DNA of 64,000 nt, taken from an uncultured SAR86 cluster bacterium (GTDB taxonomy: Bacteria; Pseudomonadota; Gammaproteobacteria; Magnimaribacterales; D2472). The stretch lies in NCBI GenBank assembly GCA_902515775.1, contig CABXVU010000004.1:2746-66745 (forward strand), in the 5' to 3' direction. Positions 10,397-19,494 of this stretch are shown piece by piece; position 1 is the stretch's first letter, and each line of letters opens with the position of its first letter. The notes beneath the pieces are model-generated. The model was not told where the DNA came from and ran no database searches. It saw nothing but the letters and a program-made list of their open reading frames with translations. The translations under genes and the position numbers were made by a program.

Positions 10397-11408
10397 ATAA
10401 ATCCTTCAATTTCCTCGATAATCTTTCCAAACTGAAATTCGTATTGATGTTGTCATGTGCGTTTTGAGCAAGTAAAAGTCTTTTTTCATCGTTGCTAAGA
10501 GCTTGAATCGCATTTTTTATTTCATCGGGAGAAGAAAAATCTACATAGATTGCGCCCTTTTTCTCTGGCTCTGTCCCAAAAATTTCCATGGCTCCGTCAG
10601 TTTGAGTGGAAATAACGGGCAATCCGCTCATCATTGCTTCTCCAATAATTAAACCGAATGGTTCCTCTAAAGAGGTTATACAAAAAACATCTGCTTTTCT
10701 AAATTCATTATGCAAATCTTCAGTCCATCCAATCAATCGAATATTTTTTAAAGCTTGATCATTTATTTTTTTTCTTAACTCAACTTCTAGTGGCCCAGAA
10801 CCAAAAAGTTCTATTTGTACTGGAAAATTGTCTCTTTGCAGTTTTTTAGCTGCTTTTATTAAGTCATTAAAACCTTTTTTAGTTACAAATCTACCTGCAG
10901 AAATTACTTTTAGGACTTTATTTTTTTTTAAGCTAAAAGCTTCTGATAATTGTTCAAATCCGTGCGGAATAACAAGATTAGTGGATTTATTATCAGGATA
11001 GTGAGAAATAAATCTTTCATATCCTGCATGAGTTAAAAATATATTAAAAGCCCTATGAAGGGTATTTCGAAGCTTACCAGAATGATTGATCATTCCGAGT
11101 TTAAAACTATATTTATTAAAAAAATTAATCAACCTTGAGTTATGAATAAATATCCACTTTGAATCCTCAATATGCTTTTTGCAATCTCGCTTAAAAATGA
11201 ATCTGGTTAAAAGATGAAAATAAAGTGAGGATTTTGTAATAGAAAAAATTTGGACATTTGGTAAATTTAGTAAGTCGTCTTTCGCAGCAGCATCGTTGGG
11301 CAAAATAATAAAATGTTTTTCTCCAATTAAATCAAGCGCTTTAGAATAAGAGATTAAACTGTTTGCTATTCCACCCTTTTTGCGATCAAGGGTGATGGAT
11401 AATATCAT
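10380..11408 (-). CDS. Glycosyltransferase family 4 (GT-B, LPS/capsule type)
   Basis: 342 aa with the EPFGLIIGEAMMSGLPVIST (E-x7-E) motif. Confidence 0.8.
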   Translation of the reverse strand: MILSITLDRKKGGIANSLISYSKALDLIGEKHFIILPNDAAAKDDLLNLPNVQIFSITKSSLYFHLLTRFIFKRDCKKHIEDSKWIFIHNSRLINFFNKYSFKLGMINHSGKLRNTLHRAFNIFLTHAGYERFISHYPDNKSTNLVIPHGFEQLSEAFSLKKNKVLKVISAGRFVTKKGFNDLIKAAKKLQRDNFPVQIELFGSGPLEVELRKKINDQALKNIRLIGWTEDLHNEFRKADVFCITSLEEPFGLIIGEAMMSGLPVISTQTDGAMEIFGTEPEKKGAIYVDFSSPDEIKNAIQALSNDEKRLLLAQNAHDNINTNFSLERLSRKLKDLFEYAD

Positions 11409-11677
11409 CTGTTTTTTCGTTTATCGTTCCAATAAACCCCTTTTAGATATTGCTCATATAGGAACTGAGAAAGTTTATTATCAGTATGATTTAGATCACT
11501 TGCATTATTTATTGTGTTATTTTTATTTTCCCAATATAAATGATCAAAAAATTTCCCAAAAACAAAAACAATAAGAAAGAAAAAAACTGCTGATATAAAA
11601 AAAATTAACGCTAAAGTAAATTGGCCTAAAAAAAGGAATGTGGCCGATAACAGGACTAAAAGAATAGATATATTCAT
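11405..11677 (-). CDS. Small membrane protein
   Basis: 90 aa with two hydrophobic helices. Overlaps the GT4 start by 4 nt. Confidence 0.4.
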   Translation of the reverse strand: MNISILLVLLSATFLFLGQFTLALIFFISAVFFFLIVFVFGKFFDHLYWENKNNTINNASDLNHTDNKLSQFLYEQYLKGVYWNDKRKNR

Positions 11678-11743
11678 TACATGATAGTTTATACCTATAA
11701 ATTGATTTGATAAAAGCAGATGTTTATTAAAAAAGGTTTTTTG

Positions 11744-13006
11744 TTAAGTTTCTGATGATCTTTGTTTGAATTCAAGAACAGTAGCATTAATGCAATATCT
11801 TGGCATGCCATTTGGTCCGTCAGAAAAAACATGGCCAAGGTGTATATCAGAAGTCACTGATCTTATTTCAGTCCTTCTCATCCCATAACTATTGTCAGGC
11901 TTAGAATAAACAGATCCTTCAATAGGTCTAGTAAAAGAAAGCCAACCCGTGGAAGAATTAAATCTATCTTTTGTATCAAATAATGGTGCTCCACTGAGCT
12001 TATCTACGAAAATTCCATCAGGCGTATTCTTGAAAATCTCATATTCTTTGCAAAATCTTGCATCTGTCCCTTTTTCGAATGCAACCCGGTAAGCCTCTGA
12101 GTCTCCCAATTTAAAGTAACCAAGGGCCTGATAAAATTCCTTTGGATTTAAGTATCCTTGATGAGCAAAAACCTCTTTGCCATTTTCTAAAAATAAAATA
12201 GTTGGAGTGGCCCATGTAGGAGAATCAATTTCAAGGCCTTCCAATTGGTGTGCAAATCTATAGATAACTGGAATATCGCCATCATAATTTTTCACAACAT
12301 TTGCGTTAAATTTTTCACAATAGGGACAAAACCCTTCTGCTTCAATAACTATTATTTTTTTTCCAATCAAAAGTTGAGAATTATCAATTATTGATGCCTT
12401 ATTGGTTTTGGCAAACTTAACTCCTGTAGAGTGATCGGGACAATATCCACTTGGATTTTTTGCAATGTAATCTTGATGATAGTTTTCGGCCATATAAAAT
12501 TTTTCAATTGGCTTAACTGAGGTAGCAATAACCCCATATCCTTCATTTGATAAAAGTGTTTGAAAAGTTTGAACTACGCTTTCAATGATCTTCTTTTGTT
12601 CTTCATTGCTGTACAAAATAATAGATCTATATTGAGTTCCTATGTCGTTACCTTGTCTATTTATTTGAGTTGGATCATGAGATTCAAAATAATGCATTAA
12701 AAGTTTTTCTGTTGAAATAATATTCTTGTTGTATGTAACCTCAACTACTTCAGCATGATTATTAGCATTAAACTTATTTTTCAACTTTGTAATTTCTCTA
12801 TAGGTCGGACGGATACCATTGCCATCAGCATATCCAGAAACTGCGTCTATTACTCCTGGTAATGCTTCATAACCTTTTTCAGCTCCCCAAAAACAACCTG
12901 ATCCAAGAATAATTTTTTCAGAATGAATGGTTGCTTCATTGACAGTTGAAGAAAGGGAAAAGCTCAATAAAGAGGTTGTTATTACAAATAAGGTTATATT
13001 TTTCAT
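11744..13006 (-). CDS. msrAB: Exported trifunctional methionine sulfoxide reductase: MsrA - thioredoxin-fold (CPYC) - MsrB
   Basis: 420 aa. Signal-like N-terminus, then MsrA (GSGCFWGAEKGY, HDPTQINRQGNDIGTQYRS), a Trx-fold with CPYC and cis-Pro TPT, and MsrB (GWLSF, HLGHVF, RYCINA). Confidence 0.85.
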   Translation of the reverse strand: MKNITLFVITTSLLSFSLSSTVNEATIHSEKIILGSGCFWGAEKGYEALPGVIDAVSGYADGNGIRPTYREITKLKNKFNANNHAEVVEVTYNKNIISTEKLLMHYFESHDPTQINRQGNDIGTQYRSIILYSNEEQKKIIESVVQTFQTLLSNEGYGVIATSVKPIEKFYMAENYHQDYIAKNPSGYCPDHSTGVKFAKTNKASIIDNSQLLIGKKIIVIEAEGFCPYCEKFNANVVKNYDGDIPVIYRFAHQLEGLEIDSPTWATPTILFLENGKEVFAHQGYLNPKEFYQALGYFKLGDSEAYRVAFEKGTDARFCKEYEIFKNTPDGIFVDKLSGAPLFDTKDRFNSSTGWLSFTRPIEGSVYSKPDNSYGMRRTEIRSVTSDIHLGHVFSDGPNGMPRYCINATVLEFKQRSSET

Positions 13007-13848
13007 TAATCTAAATGCTGAATGAGTAAAGTAGGCACATTATGATTGTGTGATTTAATTGTTGCAACAAGGGTTTTTTCTTTGATGCCTTTTTGCACAG
13101 GTGTAACTTCAATCCCCTCAGTTATGAGTCTTTTGTGAGCCTTTTCTATATCCTTTACATCCCAGGCAAGTCCCCACATTTGATCATTGGATGACAAATC
13201 ATCTTTTTGCTCAATGACCTCAATCGTGGTTTTATTGAGTCGAAAAAAAAGCATTCGTTTGTTCCAGTGCTCAATGATTTTGTCTAAAGCAAGTCGAATA
13301 TTAAAAGCATCTTTGTAAATTTTAATAAAACCGTCAGCATCATTGGTATTAATTACAACGTGATCCAATTTATGGGGTGAAGAGGCATTTAACGCTTTTG
13401 ATTGAGGGAGATTCTCATCTAAGTGCTCTATTACAAATGAAAATATACCTCTAGTAAGCTCAGGAGGCAAAAATAAATTTTTCCAATTTCTTGTCTGTTG
13501 ATCAGAATTATTTATTCCTTGTTCACTGGATGGCTCTTCAACTAGAAATCCTTTTTCTACAAGGGAATGCCTTGCTGAATTTATATCTTCAGTTGCAAAA
13601 ACCATTCCTATCAAGCCCTCTCCACTTTGCGCAAGATAATGATTAACTAGATCAGCGCCCGCGCCATTGCCAGAAGCAGATAAAAGTTCAAAATATGTAT
13701 TTTCAAAATTAAACAGTGAATTGCTTGTTCCTAAATCTTTGTGAGTACCCTTCCAAACTGGAGGGAAGCCAAATAATTTTTTATAGTTGTTTTCTGCCTC
13801 CTCTAAATCTTTAACAGCAACAATTAAATGATCTAGCTTTGTAAACAT
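13006..13848 (-). CDS. VOC (glyoxalase/bleomycin-resistance/dioxygenase) family protein, two-domain
   Basis: 280 aa with two LDH-type VOC modules (KLDHLIVAVKD; KLDHVVINTND). Its stop overlaps the msrAB ATG (TAATG). Confidence 0.6.
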   Translation of the reverse strand: MFTKLDHLIVAVKDLEEAENNYKKLFGFPPVWKGTHKDLGTSNSLFNFENTYFELLSASGNGAGADLVNHYLAQSGEGLIGMVFATEDINSARHSLVEKGFLVEEPSSEQGINNSDQQTRNWKNLFLPPELTRGIFSFVIEHLDENLPQSKALNASSPHKLDHVVINTNDADGFIKIYKDAFNIRLALDKIIEHWNKRMLFFRLNKTTIEVIEQKDDLSSNDQMWGLAWDVKDIEKAHKRLITEGIEVTPVQKGIKEKTLVATIKSHNHNVPTLLIQHLD

Positions 13849-13862
13849 CTTTATTTCCCTGC

Positions 13863-14966
13863 TTATAAACTTTTTTGATATCCAATAATAATTTGATAGT
13901 CTGTTTTCATTTGAAGGTTATTTTTATCTTGATCAAGAGGTTTTAGTATTTCAACGCCAATGGTATCTTTGCCACCAGGTAAGAGATCCAAGTTTAAATT
14001 CATACCTAGGCCCAAGTGTAATTCTTTACCACCATAATTATTTGGATTTGCAGTTTGGACTGGGGCCATAATTAATGGGTTTCTTCCAGACAAGCTATCT
14101 GCGTCAACAAACTTTAGTCTAGATGAGATAGACATTATCTTTGATAATGAATATTGTGCCCATGAGCTAAGCTCTGTTGCATCGCCAAAAGACCAATCTG
14201 CCTCTGAGACAACAATTTTTCTTTTAAGCTGATTGCCCAAGAAAATACCTTCACCTAATTCTCTTAAATTGGTTAAACCAAAGATTAGGCTTGTAGAGTC
14301 ATCCCCAGGCTGCATTGCATAGGGCATGATCATTTTCATTTTTTTTCCCATAGGTGTTAATGCCATTGCCGTAGAGTCATTTTTGCCAATTGATTCTTTT
14401 AGTGAAATCTCTCCATGCCATTTTGAATTATCGGTTTGACTAATATTAAAGAGACCGCTAAGAGTAAGGCTTGAAAGATCGCTTGCAGATGTACTAAATT
14501 GTCCCACTAGGTTTCTTGCCATCATGGGAGAAAATGAACTTAGGTTCATGTCTTTGGAAACATAGGTTGCCATCAACATAAAAGTAAAATTATTGTTGGG
14601 CGCAAACATGGCATCAATCATGGTCATCTTCATGTCCATGTTTTTAGGAATAATGGAAAGATTGGTAGGCATAGTGCTAAGGGGATTTCTCATACTAAGA
14701 ATCTCTGAGTCGCTAATATTTTTTCCGTCTAAAATATTGCCATCCATTTTCATTCGCCCATGTTTAATGGATAACATGAAACCTTTATGATGCATATTTC
14801 CCATTATCCCAATTGGAATAAAGCCGTGGCTCATGGAATGATGGCTTGAATCCATTTCTGTCATTGCTGAATGGTCATGCATTGCATGATCATGTTCTAA
14901 TGAATCAACTTCAGCAAAAAGAAAAGTTGAAAGGAGAAAAAATATTTTTAGTAAAAGAAATTTCAT
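13863..14966 (-). CDS. Met/His-rich secreted protein, probable outer-membrane beta-barrel
   Basis: 367 aa with a signal peptide and an N-terminal HDHAMHDHSAMTEMDSSHHSMSH tract. I counted 32 Met by hand (about 9%). The C-terminal half has alternating beta-strand-like sequence. Confidence 0.5.
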   Translation of the reverse strand: MKFLLLKIFFLLSTFLFAEVDSLEHDHAMHDHSAMTEMDSSHHSMSHGFIPIGIMGNMHHKGFMLSIKHGRMKMDGNILDGKNISDSEILSMRNPLSTMPTNLSIIPKNMDMKMTMIDAMFAPNNNFTFMLMATYVSKDMNLSSFSPMMARNLVGQFSTSASDLSSLTLSGLFNISQTDNSKWHGEISLKESIGKNDSTAMALTPMGKKMKMIMPYAMQPGDDSTSLIFGLTNLRELGEGIFLGNQLKRKIVVSEADWSFGDATELSSWAQYSLSKIMSISSRLKFVDADSLSGRNPLIMAPVQTANPNNYGGKELHLGLGMNLNLDLLPGGKDTIGVEILKPLDQDKNNLQMKTDYQIIIGYQKSL

Positions 14967-15505
14967 GATTTTTTAAAAAAAAGTATTACGCCGGAAATAG
15001 ACGTAAATAGAGCAATAAATGAAAAAATTTTTAAAAGTATATTATCAATATTATCTCGGTCAACCCAATCCATTATATGCAAGCCCCACATCAGATCCCA
15101 AATCCGCCATTCAGAGGATCTTATGGCAACGATTTCACCAGTAAATGGGTTTTGATAAACGTTGACCTCTTTGCCAAGTTTTGTAAGAGATATCACTTTA
15201 TACAAAGGCAATTCTCTTCCCCTGTATTCAGATCCTCTTTTTGATTCTTCAATTATTTCGATGCTCTGAGGAATAAGAGTTGTTTTTTTTTCTACAATTT
15301 TTTTTGCAGCGTTAAAATTAAGCTTATCTGCATTAAAACTTGTATCAATTGGTGCTTTTGTTGAAGCTACAAGATACTGCTCTCCTCGAATATTTTCTAT
15401 TTTGTTAAAAGAAAAATAAATGCCAGATATTGTCCACAACAGCAACTGGATTGCTATTAGCAGACTAATGTATTTATGAAATTTTCGTAGAGTAATCTTT
15501 GCCAT
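14963..15505 (-). CDS. PepSY-domain membrane protein
   Basis: 180 aa with N- and C-terminal TM helices (LRKFHKYISLLIAIQLLLW...), a central PepSY-like segment and a WGLHIMDW motif. Overlaps its neighbours by 4 nt and 1 nt. Confidence 0.5.
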   Translation of the reverse strand: MAKITLRKFHKYISLLIAIQLLLWTISGIYFSFNKIENIRGEQYLVASTKAPIDTSFNADKLNFNAAKKIVEKKTTLIPQSIEIIEESKRGSEYRGRELPLYKVISLTKLGKEVNVYQNPFTGEIVAIRSSEWRIWDLMWGLHIMDWVDRDNIDNILLKIFSFIALFTSISGVILFFKKS

Positions 15506-15900
15506 TAATCATGACAATCACAATCAAGTTTTCTGCACGCTTGAAAGTTTTGATAATGCGAATAAGCGACTATTAATGAGCCTAAAAAGGTTAAAATTTG
15601 TTCAGCCAGCTCTCCAAAAACGCCCTCTCCAAAAAAGACAGCAAAAATTAAGAGCCAAAGACCTGAAATGCCTAAATACATATAGGATATGATTTTGTGG
15701 TTTTGAAATCCAGAAACCAGAGCATACAGACTTATTGGTATAACCAATATTAAAAAGATTTTATGAATAAGCTCGTTATCAATTGTGAGGGCTAGAAAGC
15801 CAGAGGTCAGAATTAAAAATGAGGGCATTAACAGGCAGTGAATCATACATGCCATCGACAATGTGATTGATAGTTTGTCTGCTTTTAATTGCGTATTCAT
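15505..15900 (-). CDS. MerC-like metal-binding membrane protein
   Basis: 131 aa with four TM helices, a Cys pair in TM1 (MACMIHCLLMP) and a C-terminal CRKLDCDCHD cluster. Confidence 0.55.
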   Translation of the reverse strand: MNTQLKADKLSITLSMACMIHCLLMPSFLILTSGFLALTIDNELIHKIFLILVIPISLYALVSGFQNHKIISYMYLGISGLWLLIFAVFFGEGVFGELAEQILTFLGSLIVAYSHYQNFQACRKLDCDCHD

Positions 15901-15960
15901 AATTTTCGAAGAATGATTCTATTGAAGATAATTATTTTTCACAAGTAATTTTTATGCTTG

Positions 15961-16497
15961 CTATGCAGTTACCTTATTCTCAATTCTATTCATTATAATA
16001 TAGTAAATTGGTGTCATTAGGACTGTATATGCTATTACTTGTGGTCCTATAATTTCAAATAAAGCGAAACATGACATCCCGGCAACAAAAATAAAAAATA
16101 ATTCTAGATAGCTTTTAATAAAACCTTCTTGAAATGCAGCTTTGAATATTAAGAAATTAATAGGAAGATAAAGCAACACACCTGTAATAGCTCCTGGGCT
16201 GAAATCAGCAAAATAAAAGCTAAAGAAAACATGAAACAGTGCATTTACTACCTGGGTAGTCATTAAGAAGAATAGAACAATGTGGGCACTACCTCTGTTA
16301 TTTTTTAATAGGTGTATAAAGACCATTATCAATAGCAGTGAAATCAATCTAATGAGCACCTCTTCTGTTGCTATCGCATTATTATCTGCAAAATAAGTGA
16401 GTCGCCAGTCTCTAAAGTTAAAAATTATGTGCTCTTCAAAGTGATGAATAGCATAAATCAAAGGACCTAAAACAATAAGATTTTTAAACTCGGTCAC
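15961..16497 (-). CDS. HXXEE domain membrane protein
   Basis: 178 aa, polytopic, with HHFEEH near the N-terminus. Confidence 0.55.
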   Translation of the reverse strand: MTEFKNLIVLGPLIYAIHHFEEHIIFNFRDWRLTYFADNNAIATEEVLIRLISLLLIMVFIHLLKNNRGSAHIVLFFLMTTQVVNALFHVFFSFYFADFSPGAITGVLLYLPINFLIFKAAFQEGFIKSYLELFFIFVAGMSCFALFEIIGPQVIAYTVLMTPIYYIIMNRIENKVTA

Positions 16498-16506
16498 AGA
16501 GATCCT

Positions 16507-17148
16507 TTAGCTTTTATAAAATTTTTTATAAAAAAAATAACATAAAGCAGGCAAAACTGCGGCGCCAGTAAATGCAAGAAAAGACGAGTTGCTATCTATT
16601 GCTGCGGCGCCTATTCCTGAAAAAACTATCGCAACTCCTAAATTAGTTATTCCGACAACAAAAATAAAATTCTTAAAAGGCATTTTAGATAAACCTGCAC
16701 TTAAAGTTATAAGCTCGGCAAAACCTGGGACTGGTCTAGATAGAATTAATCCAAGAGTATTAAAGTTTTTCAATGCTTTTTCAGCATCATTAAATTCTTC
16801 ATTAGAGATAATCTTCTTTGCGATTGGGCGAGCTGCAATGCTACCAAGTAAATATCCAATGCAGGCTCCTAAATTAAGGCCTATCCAAACCACGATTGAA
16901 GACATACCCCAACCCAGCGACATCCCAGACAAAGTATTGGTAAGGCCATTAGGCACTGGCAAGATTACGTCTGCCGTTAACGCACCAATTACTATCAATG
17001 AAATAGCCATTTTATTAGTTCCTGCCCAAGCCAACGCAGCATCTGCATAAGTTGATAAAGGAGTTTCTAAAAAAATTAAAGGTAAAAGAATAGAAGTAAA
17101 AAATATGATGCTAAAGGAAGTCCATTTAATGATTGGCATTAAGCGCAT
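16507..17148 (-). CDS. DedA/TVP38-like (VTT domain) membrane protein
   Basis: 213 aa, polytopic. Pattern call only. Confidence 0.45.
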   Translation of the reverse strand: MRLMPIIKWTSFSIIFFTSILLPLIFLETPLSTYADAALAWAGTNKMAISLIVIGALTADVILPVPNGLTNTLSGMSLGWGMSSIVVWIGLNLGACIGYLLGSIAARPIAKKIISNEEFNDAEKALKNFNTLGLILSRPVPGFAELITLSAGLSKMPFKNFIFVVGITNLGVAIVFSGIGAAAIDSNSSFLAFTGAAVLPALCYFFYKKFYKS

Positions 17149-17175
17149 AATTTTTGTGAGTTTATTTTTAATTGT

Positions 17176-17973
17176 CTACCAATTATCACGCAATCCTCGT
17201 AAGCCAATAAAGGTTTTTTGACGATCTAAACTATTCACATCAATTTTTAATGAATCTGCGATTCCAAGTCGAACCTGCTGTTCATCGAGTCTAAAAAAAA
17301 CGTTGATTTCTCTTTCTAATCCAATATCACTTATAAAGCTTTCAGCATCGAGACCGCTTTTAAACTTATCTCTCAGTTGTTTAGCAGACTGATTATCTGG
17401 TTCTCTATCTAATGTAAACTCTAAATTATTTTCAATATAATCATGTCCTGGATATATACGAACATTGTCTGAAAGCAAAAAGATCTGTTCTTCAAATGTT
17501 TTATGAAGAATTGATGGCTCTCCTCCAAAATCACATCGCCCTACTCCTGCATTGAATAAAGTGTCACCGCAAAATAAAGCAGGCATTTCATTATCGCTGC
17601 CCTCATAATATAAACAAATATGGCTCATTGTATGACCGGGAGTATCCATTACCTTCAAAGTTAATTCTCCGCATGTCAACTCATCCCCAGCATTTAAGCC
17701 TCTATCAACATTGGGAATAGCATTCATGGCTTCAATATGAGCTACTAATTTAGCGCCAGTTTCAGAAATTACAGGGTCGTTGCCACCTATATGGTCATGA
17801 TGATGGTGGGTGTTAGCAACTGTTTTTATTGTCCAACCATTTTTTTTAGCAATTTTAAGACATAAAGCATGATCCAACGGATCAATTGCAATTGCCTCGT
17901 GAGTTTTTTCACATGCCAATAAATACATATAATTTTTTAGGTTATTTCTTATAGGTATCTGCTTAATAAGCAT
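17176..17973 (-). CDS. gloB: Hydroxyacylglutathione hydrolase (glyoxalase II), MBL fold
   Basis: 265 aa with THHHHDHIGGN, TPGHT and a C-terminal substrate-binding tail of GloB length. Confidence 0.8.
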   Translation of the reverse strand: MLIKQIPIRNNLKNYMYLLACEKTHEAIAIDPLDHALCLKIAKKNGWTIKTVANTHHHHDHIGGNDPVISETGAKLVAHIEAMNAIPNVDRGLNAGDELTCGELTLKVMDTPGHTMSHICLYYEGSDNEMPALFCGDTLFNAGVGRCDFGGEPSILHKTFEEQIFLLSDNVRIYPGHDYIENNLEFTLDREPDNQSAKQLRDKFKSGLDAESFISDIGLEREINVFFRLDEQQVRLGIADSLKIDVNSLDRQKTFIGLRGLRDNW

Positions 17974-18137
17974 TTATTTCACGCACGTGGGAAATACCGC
18001 TAGAAAAGAGGTATTAATTTCAAGTTTAATCGTTGCTTATGAGCAACAATCGCAAGTACAGCAACTACAACATTTACACATGAGTGTAATGTTAAACTAA
18101 TTTTACAGGCATTTCACCTTTGCTAGAATCTTTCCAC

Positions 18138-18464
18138 TTATGTCAAATTATTTTTTATAAATAATCTGTCGATCATATTTAATGGATCTTTGTAAATGTT
18201 TTTTCCATTTACAAGAACAGAAATCTTGACAGAAAAAAATCCGCCTATGAAGACCTCAATTGAATCAATATCTTCAGAAAAATTATAACTTTTTAAAAAA
18301 GGCTTACTTGTATTAGGGATCATGCTTGTATTCTGGTCAAGATGTTGATTATCAATATATAAATCTGCAGATCCCTTGAGATTCCAACCCCACCAATTAG
18401 ATATCAAAATATTATGCTTTTGATAATTGATCTCCCATTTTTGAAGGTTGGGTTTTTTTTGCAT
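18138..18464 (-). CDS. Hypothetical protein
   Basis: 108 aa, 3 nt downstream of the preceding secreted-protein gene. I recognised no family. Confidence 0.4.
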   Translation of the reverse strand: MQKKPNLQKWEINYQKHNILISNWWGWNLKGSADLYIDNQHLDQNTSMIPNTSKPFLKSYNFSEDIDSIEVFIGGFFSVKISVLVNGKNIYKDPLNMIDRLFIKNNLT

Positions 18465-18467
18465 TTA

Positions 18468-18905
18468 TTATTTTAAAATATAGGCCTTTATAACAAACGT
18501 ATCTTTCAACATATCAATATCAATTACATCTAAATTCTGAGTACCATCACTAATTTGCACGATTTGTCGTATCTTGATTGTTGAGCCCTCACGATTCCAA
18601 ACCCCTCTAAATGCTCCGGCAGCAACAGTATCAGCATCGAGTGCACCCCTGCCATTTCCGGTAACAAAGCCACTTGTTCTAGTCACATAGGTTAGGTTAT
18701 AGGTAACATAAACTGTTCCATATACTCCCATTTTTCCTGTAGCACTAATCGTTGACGATTCATCTCCAATGTCAACATTAGTCACAGTCATAACTGCATC
18801 AGCCTGGCGTTTTTCAAGGTGAAGAAACTCTTCTCCTTTATGATCATTGCTGAAAGTTGGACTTGAAAAAGCTGCCAGGATCATAGCTAACATAATATTT
18901 TTCAT
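18468..18905 (-). CDS. Secreted hypothetical protein
   Basis: 145 aa with a signal peptide (MLAMILAAFSSPTFS) and an AGGAG RBS upstream. Confidence 0.5.
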   Translation of the reverse strand: MKNIMLAMILAAFSSPTFSNDHKGEEFLHLEKRQADAVMTVTNVDIGDESSTISATGKMGVYGTVYVTYNLTYVTRTSGFVTGNGRGALDADTVAAGAFRGVWNREGSTIKIRQIVQISDGTQNLDVIDIDMLKDTFVIKAYILK

Positions 18906-19031
18906 ATTTTCTCCTTAAATTTATATCTAAATATACTTTTTATTAAAACATATTTTTTTTATTGATAGAAAGATGAAATGCTGAGTGTTTTTAAATAAAC
19001 ATCTAGCTTGGTTTAAAAGTGCAGTAATAAC

Positions 19032-19478
19032 TTATATCCACCGTCTAGTGTTTTCCTTGTAAGAGGCAAATTCTTTTGGAAACAACTTATGCATTGCAGC
19101 CTCTTCAGGGATAATTTGAAATTTTTTAATGAATAAAACAAACATTGAGGTTATCAGTAATCCCCCTAATAGATTAAATTTAATTGATATAGAAATTAAG
19201 ATAAAAACCATCCCTAAATACATTGGATTTCTTGAAAAGCTAAAGACTCCAGAAATAACCAATGAAGAAGCTTGTTCAGGTTTAAGAGGATTAATTGTTG
19301 TTTGATGTTTCTTAAAAGATGCAGCTGAGATAAATAAAATTCCTAAGCCAAGAAATAAAATAAAGATACTTAAAATATTGTTAGCGCTAAGAATATATTC
19401 AGAGAAAAATGGCCTAGAAAAGTAAATCGCTAATCCGAATATTAGGGTAACTATTGGGGGGGGAATTTTGTTGTTCAT
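19032..19478 (-). CDS. Isoprenylcysteine carboxyl methyltransferase (ICMT/PEMT-like) family membrane protein
   Basis: 148 aa, polytopic, with an SRNPMYLG motif. Contains a C8 (coding-strand) homopolymer at codons 6-8. Confidence 0.65.
   Translation of the reverse strand: MNNKIPPPIVTLIFGLAIYFSRPFFSEYILSANNILSIFILFLGLGILFISAASFKKHQTTINPLKPEQASSLVISGVFSFSRNPMYLGMVFILISISIKFNLLGGLLITSMFVLFIKKFQIIPEEAAMHKLFPKEFASYKENTRRWI
19456..19463. repeat. G8/C8 homopolymer inside the ICMT-family ORF
   Basis: ggggg ggg on the plus strand at 19456-19463, encoding PPP at codons 6-8. Confidence 0.9.
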
Positions 19479-19494
19479 ATAGTTTTATATCTCC

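Noticed and set aside
16589-17050. 153-aa plus-strand ORF, along with other long antisense ORFs (e.g. 49428-49832, 59928-60356, 40606-40941, 9726-10067, 63047-63400)
   Set aside because: Each lies entirely antisense to a longer ORF with recognisable family motifs. They have low-complexity or odd composition and no RBS or family features, and are typical shadow ORFs.
17974-18137. Possible small RNA or tRNA in the gloB upstream gap (hairpins gttgct-tatg-agcaac and ttacac-atga-gtgtaa)
   Set aside because: There is no tRNA-like cloverleaf or T-loop consensus. The stems are only 6 bp and AT-rich, and there is no terminator. The evidence is insufficient.
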